64,000 nt of DNA from a virus. The stretch is taken from IMG/VR virus record IMGVR_UViG_3300028804_000005, positions 811 through 64,810 of that record; one strand, written 5' to 3'. Below the pieces are notes generated by a model. The model saw nothing but the letters and a program-made list of their open reading frames with translations, did not search any database and was not told the origin of the DNA. Below, in pieces: positions 35,800-44,082 of the stretch (position 1 is its first letter; the number at the start of each line of letters is the position of its first letter). Both the position numbers and the translations under genes were made by a program.

Positions 35800-36494
35800 G
35801 ACCCACCGTCCCGCTCCAACTTGAGCAGCGTGCGCCCGGCCTGGTGGTCGTAGGGGCAAGCCGCGGCGCCCGGCCCCAGGTCGCTCGAGACCTCGCCGCC
35901 GCACAGGATCGCGTGGACGACGCCGTCGGCGGTCTTCATGGTCACGACGACCGCGCCGAAGCCCTCGACCGACGGCGGGGCCGCCTCTGGCTGGGGCTCC
36001 GGAATCGGGATGATCGTGCCGGCCGATTGGCGCTCGGGTGGCCGCACGACCTCGGGATTGCCGCCGCACGACTGGAGCGCCGCCACGGTCAGGCCGAACG
36101 CCAGGACACCGATCAGAGCGGGCGGGACGCTGGGCGGCGGCTTGCGAGGCGCCGTCGAGGCCGCCGGGTAGGAGCCTCCGACGTAGCGCTTCATGAGCTC
36201 GTGCTTGAGCGGGGCCAGAGCCCCGGCGAGCGCACCGTAGAACGCCACTCGAGCGTCGCCGCCGCTGACGTAGGCGCCACAGAGCGCGCCGAGCAGGACG
36301 CTCGGGAGGCCTTGCCAGATCTTGCTCGCAAGGGCAGCTTCGGGGCCGAGCAGGGCGAAGCGCTCCCACCACAGCGGGCGCCACTTGCGGATGGCGTACT
36401 GGGGCGCGAAGATCGCGAGGGTCAGCGCCGCCCACGGGGCCAGCGGGTGGATCGATGCAAGCGCGGCGTGCGCGCGAGTTAGCAGATCGTGCAT
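35796..36494 (-). CDS. Multi-pass membrane protein (holin/spanin-like)
   Basis: Several hydrophobic helices and an internal AALQSC lipobox-like motif; GGAGG RBS. Confidence 0.55.
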   Translation of the reverse strand: MHDLLTRAHAALASIHPLAPWAALTLAIFAPQYAIRKWRPLWWERFALLGPEAALASKIWQGLPSVLLGALCGAYVSGGDARVAFYGALAGALAPLKHELMKRYVGGSYPAASTAPRKPPPSVPPALIGVLAFGLTVAALQSCGGNPEVVRPPERQSAGTIIPIPEPQPEAAPPSVEGFGAVVVTMKTADGVVHAILCGGEVSSDLGPGAAACPYDHQAGRTLLKLERDGGS

Positions 36495-36619
36495 GGGTGC
36501 CTCCAAGGCGGGAAAGGACGGGGCGCTCTCGCACCCGAGGGACTACACGAACCGGCGGCGGGGACGCGCGGGAGGCACGCGGCGCTGGCCCGTGTAGTCT
36601 CTAGGATGCGAGAGCGGTG

Positions 36620-36910
36620 TCAGAGCGTGAACTGCGAGCGGCGGACGACGAAGAACGCCTCGCCGGCGGCCTTGACCGCTCCGGTGCCGACGAATCGGTA
36701 GTGCCAGGTGCCGGCCTCGGCGCAGTCCAGGTCGCGGTAGAACACGCCCTCGCTCGACTTCGTCAGCTCTGCCAGCGCGTAGGTGTAGCTCGTCTCGACA
36801 CCGGCCGGAGTCTTGACGATGAGCGTGATCGTGCTCGGATCTGTCGCGACGCCGGCCGCGGTGAATGCCGAGCTGAGCCGCGCAACGTCGCCGATGTCGT
36901 AAGTGTTCAT
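36620..36910 (-). CDS. Small beta-sandwich virion accessory protein
   Basis: YDIGD..TDPSTITLIVKTP..GVFY..AGTWHYRF..G. Confidence 0.65.
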   Translation of the reverse strand: MNTYDIGDVARLSSAFTAAGVATDPSTITLIVKTPAGVETSYTYALAELTKSSEGVFYRDLDCAEAGTWHYRFVGTGAVKAAGEAFFVVRRSQFTL

Positions 36911-37261
36911 GGCCCGATTTCGTCGCAGTAGATGTCGTGGATCGTCACGGCGAAGGGCGCCGCGTCAGACAGCGTCAGGTCGCAAGTTCGCTCGTCCCCG
37001 ATGGCGCAAGCGAACGGCTCGGAGTCGGCGAGCGTCACGGCGTCCACCGCGGCGTCCGATACCGCGACAGCGCTACAGCTCACCGGAGCACCCGTCCCGA
37101 AGCGTCACGCCGAACGGCGCCGAGTCCGAGAGCACGACGTGGCCGCGCACGTCGACCACGACGGGGACATCGGCCACAATCCAACCATCCGTGGCGATTG
37201 CCAGCGGTTGCAGCGGCAGCAGCGCGAGCCCGAGCGTTGCGACTGACAGCGGGGAGATCAT
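36907..37261 (-). CDS. Two tiny ORFs (36907..37083, 37073..37261) sharing an LxDxxPF repeat
   Basis: VVLSDSAPFGV, VTLADSEPFAC, LTLSDAAPFAV. Confidence 0.5.
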
Positions 37262-37277
37262 GGGCTAGGCTTGCGGG

Positions 37278-37565
37278 ATGTTCGGTTCGGTGCGTGAGAT
37301 AGAGGAGGCCTTGCGCCAGACGATGTGGGCCGCTGGCGCGCTGGAGTCCGTGTGGCGGCTCGCAATCGGCATCGCGGCGGAAACCGGAATCTCCGGGCTG
37401 TGCGCCGAGGTGGTCAGTGACACGGTGGTGTTATTTCCCGACGCCGATGGCGCGCTCGCGGAAGTCTTCGCCGCGAGGTTCCGTGCTCGCTGTCCGTTTC
37501 CCGGCGCGGTCCTGGTGTACCCTCAGCCGCGCGGATATCGCGGTCCCTGGTCTACGTTCGCGTAA
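37278..37565 (+). CDS. Antisense moron-like hypothetical protein with its own leaderless promoter
   Basis: CTGACA 37243-37248, 17 bp, TAGGCT 37266-37271, ATG 37278. Confidence 0.6.
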   Translation: MFGSVREIEEALRQTMWAAGALESVWRLAIGIAAETGISGLCAEVVSDTVVLFPDADGALAEVFAARFRARCPFPGAVLVYPQPRGYRGPWSTFA

Positions 37566-38679
37566 CAGTGACGGTGCCGGCCGGAGCCTCGGCGACGGTC
37601 TGCGAGATCTCGGCGCCCGCGTCGCGCGACGTGGCGGTCACGACCAGCGGGCGCGTCGGGTCGAGGCCGGCCAGGCGGTATAGCTCGAGCAACAGGTTGT
37701 CGATGCTGCCCGCGGCCGGTGTGTCGCCCGTCGCGAGCGCCATCGCGTCGCGGATCTGCTGCTGCGTCAGGCCGGCGGATCCGTTCGCGATGGCTTCGCC
37801 GAACGAGCCCGCGGCCTGGTACTGAGCCACGAGCGCGTTCCACACGGCCGCTGCTAGGCTGGATGGGCTGAGCGGGTCGGAGGTCGCGACCGAGATCGAT
37901 GCCGTCATCGAGCCCGGCGCGGTCGGCGTTGCGGCTGTGATCGAGCCGGTACCGATCAACTCGGAGACGATGAGCCCGAGTCCGGTCATTGCCGCGGTCA
38001 CGTCGCCACTGCCCGCGAGCGATGCAGCCATGTACCACGCACCAATCACGTCGGCCGAGAGCGAACTTGATCCGACCAGCGTAGCGCTGGCGTTGATCGC
38101 GCCCGTGATGTCGCCGGCGAGCGCCCCGACGCCGGCCAGGACGGCAGCGGCTTGGAGCACGCCCGCGATGTCGCCGGTCAGTGTGCCCGTGCCGGCAAGC
38201 GCGGCCTCGGCGTTCAGAACCGCGTTCAGCGCTCCGGTGATGTCGCCGCTGCCGAGCAGCGACGCGGCGAGCGCGAGCTGGCCCGACGCCGCTGCCGTGA
38301 ACTCACCTGAGCCCGCCAGCGCAGCCGACGCGATCCCGAGCGCAGTGGCCGCCGCCGTGACGCTACCGGAGCCGGCCATGGCGGATTCGCCGTAGAGCCC
38401 GCCCGCCAGATTCGCGGCGCTGACGCTGCCCGTGCCCGCGATCTCGAACCGAGCCGAGAGGCCACCCGCGGTTTGCGGCAGCATCCACGCGCCGGGGGGC
38501 CGATAGCCGTCGGGGATTCCCGACTTCGGCTCCCAGTCGGTGTGGCCGAATGCGTTGCGCATCGAGCCGCTGGTGTTCCAATTCGATCGCATCTGCGCAG
38601 CTTCGCCGCCCGCGGACGACGAGCCGCCGAAGAACCGGCCAGGGCTCTTGCGGAGGACGGAGTAGGAGCCGAGAAGCAC
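37552..38679 (-). CDS. Ala/Gly-rich repetitive virion protein
   Basis: Repeated AxLxGxGxxxA units; AAAVWN and PLVVTATSR tail motifs. Confidence 0.75.
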   Translation of the reverse strand: MLLGSYSVLRKSPGRFFGGSSSAGGEAAQMRSNWNTSGSMRNAFGHTDWEPKSGIPDGYRPPGAWMLPQTAGGLSARFEIAGTGSVSAANLAGGLYGESAMAGSGSVTAAATALGIASAALAGSGEFTAAASGQLALAASLLGSGDITGALNAVLNAEAALAGTGTLTGDIAGVLQAAAVLAGVGALAGDITGAINASATLVGSSSLSADVIGAWYMAASLAGSGDVTAAMTGLGLIVSELIGTGSITAATPTAPGSMTASISVATSDPLSPSSLAAAVWNALVAQYQAAGSFGEAIANGSAGLTQQQIRDAMALATGDTPAAGSIDNLLLELYRLAGLDPTRPLVVTATSRDAGAEISQTVAEAPAGTVTVTRT

Positions 38680-38680
38680 G

Positions 38681-39805
38681 TCAGCTCCAGCCGAAATCCA
38701 GGTGACCGTAGAACGCGCTGGACACCGGCGTAGCCGCGCCCGCGTACATGAGCCACGCGAGGCAAGCGTTGTCGTAGACTCGCGGGAGCGACGGAACCTG
38801 ATTGAGCAGGTCGCGCTCAGCCGCGACGCCGATGGTCGTCATTGGCAGCGTGAGCAGCGGCTTGCACAAGACATAGCTCAGCGCGCCGGACGTGTAGGTC
38901 GCGCTCAGGTTGAGCTGCTGCAACGACCGGATGCCGGAGTCTCCCGCGGCCAACGGCATGAACGGGCCGTACTTGCCCGCGCCCGTGCCCGAGTAGGAGA
39001 TGTGCCCGATGTTCGAGGCCGTCTTGCCGATCGGCAGCGTGGCCGGCGTGACGTTGCCGGCAGTGCCACCCGAGTCGGTGTACGTGATGCGCATGTTGGG
39101 CGTGCCAGCGCCCATGATGGTCGTCGGTGTCACGAAGCACTGCACTCCGGCCCCGTCGGTGTAGCGCGGCAGGCCCGGCGTGATCGTGTGAGTGCCAGTG
39201 CCCGCGTCGGTGATATCGATCGTGGTGCCAGCAATCGCGTTGGCCATCGACGATGACAGCTTGCTGGTCGTCGACGATTGCCGGACCGTCCAGTAGTCGG
39301 TGGCAGTCGCGAGGCCGGCCGGCAACGTGGTCGTGGTCGTCAGCCGAACCCGCGTGAAAGACGCGATGTCGTAGGCGCTGTGCGTGATGACGTCGGTGCC
39401 GGCGTTGGCCGTGAACGTGTCGCTTTCGACGGTGGCCTGATCGCCAGTGGTCGTGCAGCTCGTCAGCGGGTAGTACCCGAGCAGGTCGACGAGCATGAAG
39501 ATCGCCGGCATCGAGGTTGCCGCGGCCGAGAACGCCGATGCGTTCAGGATGTGTTTCGTATCCGGCGTGACGGCGCCACCGTTTCGGATCGCACCCGTTG
39601 ACTCGTCGCAGAGCGATTGAAACGACTTGTTCGTCGCGCCCGAAAGCACACCATTGGTCGGGTTGCCGGTGCTGTGAAACAGGCAGATCCACTCACCCGC
39701 GACGTGCGCGCCGACTGCGTGCGTGAGCTTGTTGAAATCGGCGCGAAAAAACTTGCCGTCGACGGTCATCGAATTGATGAGATCGTCTTGCGAGGTAAAG
39801 CCCAT
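38681..39805 (-). CDS. Putative virion structural protein (paralog A)
   Basis: Shares PRYTDGxGVQ, GPFxPLxxGDxGxRS, KPL and PSLPRxxD with the next gene. Confidence 0.75.
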   Translation of the reverse strand: MGFTSQDDLINSMTVDGKFFRADFNKLTHAVGAHVAGEWICLFHSTGNPTNGVLSGATNKSFQSLCDESTGAIRNGGAVTPDTKHILNASAFSAAATSMPAIFMLVDLLGYYPLTSCTTTGDQATVESDTFTANAGTDVITHSAYDIASFTRVRLTTTTTLPAGLATATDYWTVRQSSTTSKLSSSMANAIAGTTIDITDAGTGTHTITPGLPRYTDGAGVQCFVTPTTIMGAGTPNMRITYTDSGGTAGNVTPATLPIGKTASNIGHISYSGTGAGKYGPFMPLAAGDSGIRSLQQLNLSATYTSGALSYVLCKPLLTLPMTTIGVAAERDLLNQVPSLPRVYDNACLAWLMYAGAATPVSSAFYGHLDFGWS

Positions 39806-40680
39806 CAGGCACTCCAGGTCGTGGTGATGTCGCCGTGGATCGGCGCCGCAGAAAGCGAGCCGTTGGCCAGGCAAATGAAGTTCAGGTATGCGTCGTCGAC
39901 GATGCGCGGGAGTGACGGGCGGTCGAGCAGGTAGTCGACCTCCACCGGCGCCGTGATGTTCAAGATCGAGATGTCCGCGAGCGGCTTCACGAGCACGAGC
40001 GTGATCAGCCCGACGTCGCCGCCGTTCGTGAACGTCACGCCCTCGATGCTGCGCACGCCGGTATCGCCAACCTGAAGCGGAATGAACGGACCGAAGCAGA
40101 GCGCCGTGGCCCGCGCGCTTGTCGCGATCGTGCCGTTGACGACCTGCGTCCCGAGTTGGCAGAGTGCGCTTGTGCGCGCCGCGACGCCGGCCTGGTTCGT
40201 GTAGTTGACGCTGAATCGTGCGGGGAGGCCCGTGCCGCCCGCGACGACGACAGCCATCATCTGCACGCCCTCGCCGTCGGTGTAACGAGGTAGAGCGACG
40301 GTGTTATCCATCACCTGCTCTTCGTCGACCGTGCCCTCGTCGACGAACGGATAGTACAGCAGATAATCACAGAGGATCATCGGCAGCGGCGTTGCTCCCG
40401 CCGTTACCGTGAGCGCCGTGAGCCGCCGCAGGTGCTTGGTCTTCGGCGACACCGCGCCGCCGTGGTAGAGCCCGCCATCGGTCGACTGTTTCAGCGCGGC
40501 GGCGACGAGCGGCGAGCTGGCGTAGTAGTTCGGCCTCGGGTTGCCGGGCGCCATCGACAGGTCTTGCCAGAACCCGATTGACGTCACCACGGCCGGCTGC
40601 TTGCGCCACGACGAGTACGTCACCGCTCCGTCGTCGACGTCGCGCGAGACGTACTTGGCGATGTTGGCGAACCCGGCCAC
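39805..40680 (-). CDS. Putative virion structural protein (paralog B)
   Basis: Same motif series as paralog A; TGATG-coupled. Confidence 0.75.
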   Translation of the reverse strand: MAGFANIAKYVSRDVDDGAVTYSSWRKQPAVVTSIGFWQDLSMAPGNPRPNYYASSPLVAAALKQSTDGGLYHGGAVSPKTKHLRRLTALTVTAGATPLPMILCDYLLYYPFVDEGTVDEEQVMDNTVALPRYTDGEGVQMMAVVVAGGTGLPARFSVNYTNQAGVAARTSALCQLGTQVVNGTIATSARATALCFGPFIPLQVGDTGVRSIEGVTFTNGGDVGLITLVLVKPLADISILNITAPVEVDYLLDRPSLPRIVDDAYLNFICLANGSLSAAPIHGDITTTWSA

Positions 40681-40683
40681 GGC

Positions 40684-40881
40684 TTAGCGCTTCTCGGGGC
40701 GTTGCCCGACGGACAGCCCGCCCGCGCCTTGCATGCTCGCCACGGCGTTGGCGAGGATCGCCGCGGTGTCATGCTTGCAGCCACGGATCGGCGTGCCCTC
40801 GGGAGTGATGGCGACTGCGAGCCCGCAGGCGGCGCACTGGTAGAGTGGAGGTGTCAGCATGGGAACCTTATCCAGCCACAC
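40684..40881 (-). CDS. Small Cys-containing hypothetical protein
   Basis: YQCAACG..RGCKH. Confidence 0.5.
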   Translation of the reverse strand: MWLDKVPMLTPPLYQCAACGLAVAITPEGTPIRGCKHDTAAILANAVASMQGAGGLSVGQRPEKR

Positions 40882-41283
40882 CTAATCCTCCGCGATGCTC
40901 AGGCTGCCGATAGCAAACTGGGGCTGAATCAAGTTTGCCACGGCCAGCGATGCCGACAGCGCGCCCGAGTAGAGGATCTGCGTCGAGCCCGTCGGCGTAA
41001 TGCTGACGTGCGTGATCGTGTTCGTGCCGCCGGTGCACTGCGGGAACTGAAGCAGCGCGGCGTTGCTGACGGGGTTGGTGCCCGACCACGCGGCGCCGCT
41101 GCGCGCGACCGTGATCAGCGTGTAGCTGGTGTAGGTCGCCTCGCTGGTGGTGCTGTTTCCGGCCTCGCCCGGGTCTGCGGTGTGCAGGTGGATGTCGAGG
41201 TCGGTCGCGGCGTCCCACGAAAGCGCGGTCGCCTTGAAAACCTTGGCGAGAATGTCGACTTCGGTCGTGTTGCCTTTGCTCAT
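40882..41283 (-). CDS. Conserved small tail/virion protein
   Basis: LHTADPGEAG..SEATYTSY..FPQCTGG..ITHVSI..PQFAIGSL. Confidence 0.75.
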   Translation of the reverse strand: MSKGNTTEVDILAKVFKATALSWDAATDLDIHLHTADPGEAGNSTTSEATYTSYTLITVARSGAAWSGTNPVSNAALLQFPQCTGGTNTITHVSITPTGSTQILYSGALSASLAVANLIQPQFAIGSLSIAED

Positions 41284-41334
41284 GATGCTCTTTCGCGAAA
41301 GCGCACGAGGGCGGCCCCGTGCTACGTTTTGGGC

Positions 41335-41583
41335 ATGACCAACCCCACGACGCCGTTCGGCTACGCGGTCGCAGTCAGCCGCGGGCGCTGCGTTTTCTCT
41401 GTCCCCCTGCACCGCGATGGCGCGAGGCTCCGCGGCAGCAAGCAGTGCGTCACCACGACGCTGGTCGAGTCGTGGGACCTGCTGGACGGGGCCGGCAACT
41501 ACGTCTGCGGACTGCCGTGTCGGTCACTGCCGATGCGGCTCACGCCGATCGACATAATGACGTGGGATGTCGACTTCGAGTGA
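41335..41583 (+). CDS. Antisense moron-like hypothetical protein
   Basis: Extended -10 TGcTACGTT 41320-41328 with ATG 7 nt downstream. Confidence 0.5.
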   Translation: MTNPTTPFGYAVAVSRGRCVFSVPLHRDGARLRGSKQCVTTTLVESWDLLDGAGNYVCGLPCRSLPMRLTPIDIMTWDVDFE

Positions 41584-41686
41584 GTCAGAGGTGCGCGCAG
41601 CTTCTGGGCCGGAAGCTGCTTCCGCGAGTCGAACGAAGCCGAAGCCGCGACTCGTGCCGACGCGCACCGGCGCCGGGTGGTGGTGA

Positions 41687-42082
41687 CTACTCCGCCGCCT
41701 GCGGTTCAGGCTTGGCGTCAGGCACGGCGACGACTGAGGGCGGCGCGTCTTTGGCTTCCGCGATGGCGTCCACGAAGCGCAAGCAGTCGCGCGCGATGCT
41801 CTGCTCGATCTTCTTCCCGTCGGCCTCGCCGCGCAGGACGGGATAGCCACCGCTTGGGTGCTCGGCCGCGGCCGCGAGCAGCGCGTGCGCGTCGGGCGTC
41901 AGTTCGACGTAGTGCTTTTCCTTGTCGCGCTCGCAGGCGTCCTCGATCCGGATGCCGGCGCGAATGCCGGCGCCCGATTCGTTGAACTGCGTGCACGTCG
42001 CCACGAGGAATTTCGCGAGATCGTCGACGCCGAATCCCTCGGGGCCGATGGGCAATCGTGCGGGCTTGGTGATGTACTTCAT
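41687..42082 (-). CDS. Hypothetical protein
   Basis: GAGGA RBS; MKYITKPARL. Confidence 0.65.
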   Translation of the reverse strand: MKYITKPARLPIGPEGFGVDDLAKFLVATCTQFNESGAGIRAGIRIEDACERDKEKHYVELTPDAHALLAAAAEHPSGGYPVLRGEADGKKIEQSIARDCLRFVDAIAEAKDAPPSVVAVPDAKPEPQAAE

Positions 42083-42099
42083 GTGTCCTCTCCCTACGG

Positions 42100-43431
42100 C
42101 TACGGCACTGCCGCATTGATCCAATCCGCCGTAATCTGCCCCAGGATCGCGTGCCCAGCTACCGACGGGTGCGCCTTGTCGGGGTAGTAGGTCGGATTCT
42201 CCGACGCTGCGTCGGTGCCCATTGTCGCGTCTGCGGCGAAGTCCACCACCGCACTGCCGAGCACATTGCGTAGCGCGGTGTTCAGCGTCGCGCGGTCCGC
42301 GTTGAATGTCCCTGGTGTCCCAGAGTTCGATCGCGGCAGAACGGTGCCCACTCCGACGCGCACGCCGGGGCATGCGGCGCGTTGCAGGTTGTACGCCGCA
42401 AGCAAATTGGCGAGCGCAGTACTCGCGCTCGCGCCGTAGTACAGGTCATTTGTGCCCTCGAAGATGATCACGACGTTGGCGGGGTGATACTCGGACAGTT
42501 TACGATCCACACGCACACGGTCTGCGGTGAGCATTGTGTGCGTCGACTGTGCTCCAACGCCGACATTGTAAGCTCTGAAGTTCGGCGACTTCCACGCGGC
42601 CGGGGTATTGAGTAGCGACAGGGCAACGGTGGTGAAGTCGGTGCTCCCGGCTACGGCGCCCTGCCCCGCCACTATCGAGTTACCCGTGAAGACGACCGTG
42701 CGCAGCGGGAGACTCGGAACGATACTATATTTCGCAAGCAGGGCGTTCTCAGTTTCGACGATCCGGCGCGCGTCGAGCACACTGTCGAACACCATCAGAT
42801 CCCCGCGGCGCGAATGGTCTACGCGCGATGTTATGCGATCCATGCCGACGTTATCGAACCTGACACTTCCACCGGCCATCAGCGTGATCACGCTCGGCGC
42901 CGACGGCTTCTCCGTCGCGGGAGTGCCTTCTTCTTCGCACAGGATTTCCGCCCATTCGCCGTTTATTCGGATCTCACAGGTGCCTCCGCCCTGGACGCCG
43001 CGCAGCGCCATTGCAGTGTTGGCTCCTGAGAACATCTTGGGCTGAGTGACGGCCGACGAAAAATCGTAGTATGTGGCGTCGCTGCCGAGCATCGGCGCGT
43101 AGGACGGAGGAGTAGCTAGCGCGGTGCGGTCGTAGACGAATAGCATGGTGCGCGCTGAAGTGACGGCACTGGCGAGAGATGGCACTGCGTGAGTACCGCC
43201 GTCTAATAGGTAGGCCGCGACACCATTAATAGCGTCGACGGCCGGGCGGTCGCCGCCGCTGGCAGTGGCGTGGTTTGCTGACGTAGAGCGATCGGTGACC
43301 TGATCCACGTAGCCGCCGCTGGTGACTAGACCCGTCGTAGGGTCTAGCCACAATATCGCGTCCTCGCCGAGTTCTGGCCTCGCGGCGAACCCGCACTTTG
43401 CGCGCCCGATCCTGCCTGCTCCTAGCCGCAT
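42100..43431 (-). CDS. SGNH/GDSL hydrolase with N-terminal lectin-like domain
   Basis: FTGNSI, NVGVGA, EGTND and DKAHPS blocks; LWLD..V..VTDRS..NHA N-terminus. Confidence 0.85.
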   Translation of the reverse strand: MRLGAGRIGRAKCGFAARPELGEDAILWLDPTTGLVTSGGYVDQVTDRSTSANHATASGGDRPAVDAINGVAAYLLDGGTHAVPSLASAVTSARTMLFVYDRTALATPPSYAPMLGSDATYYDFSSAVTQPKMFSGANTAMALRGVQGGGTCEIRINGEWAEILCEEEGTPATEKPSAPSVITLMAGGSVRFDNVGMDRITSRVDHSRRGDLMVFDSVLDARRIVETENALLAKYSIVPSLPLRTVVFTGNSIVAGQGAVAGSTDFTTVALSLLNTPAAWKSPNFRAYNVGVGAQSTHTMLTADRVRVDRKLSEYHPANVVIIFEGTNDLYYGASASTALANLLAAYNLQRAACPGVRVGVGTVLPRSNSGTPGTFNADRATLNTALRNVLGSAVVDFAADATMGTDAASENPTYYPDKAHPSVAGHAILGQITADWINAAVP

Positions 43432-43486
43432 ATTGTCACGTCGGCGCCGGCTTTTGCGATTCGTTGTTCGGTCTTGGTGAGTGCCA

Positions 43487-44073
43487 TCATGTCCTCGCCT
43501 GTTCGATGATTTCCACGTCCGCCGACACCGAGCACCGGTAGTCCTGCGCGCTGGTTGCCTCGATCCGCACCACGCCCGAGCCGCCGTCGGCGAAGTTCAG
43601 CGTGACGCCGGCGCCCAACAGCGTCGTGCCGATGGCGCCGCGGAAGCCGCTGCCGATCTTGATTCCGGGTCCGAATTGCATCGCTGTCACGCCGGAGTGA
43701 TCGTCATCTCGACGCCGAAAAGCGTGAGCAGCCCAACAGCGCGGATCCCGTTGCAGTCCTGCACGGTGAGTTGCACGGTCGAGCCAGTAACGCTGAGGCT
43801 TCCGGTGATGCCCGCGCCGCCGACGTTGCCGTGCATCTCCTCGGCGCCGATCCCAGCCGACCCGTCGTTGACGTACACTTGCGCGTTGACCTCGATCGCC
43901 TGCTTGCTACCTGCGGCGGGCGCCATCGTCGCGATCTCGCCGTGGACCTTGTAGAACCCGTCCACGCCGCTTGGCAGCGTGATCTCACACCCCGTGATGA
44001 CCGTCTCGGCAGCGCTGCCCGGGACCACCGTCCCGATCGCTGCGCGGCGCCCTGTGATTGCTCCGTCTGCCAT
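43487..44073 (-). CDS. Two small fibre-associated genes (43487..43690, 43687..44073)
   Basis: Coupled ORFs downstream of the fibre gene. Confidence 0.55.
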
Positions 44074-44082
44074 CTCGTCTCC

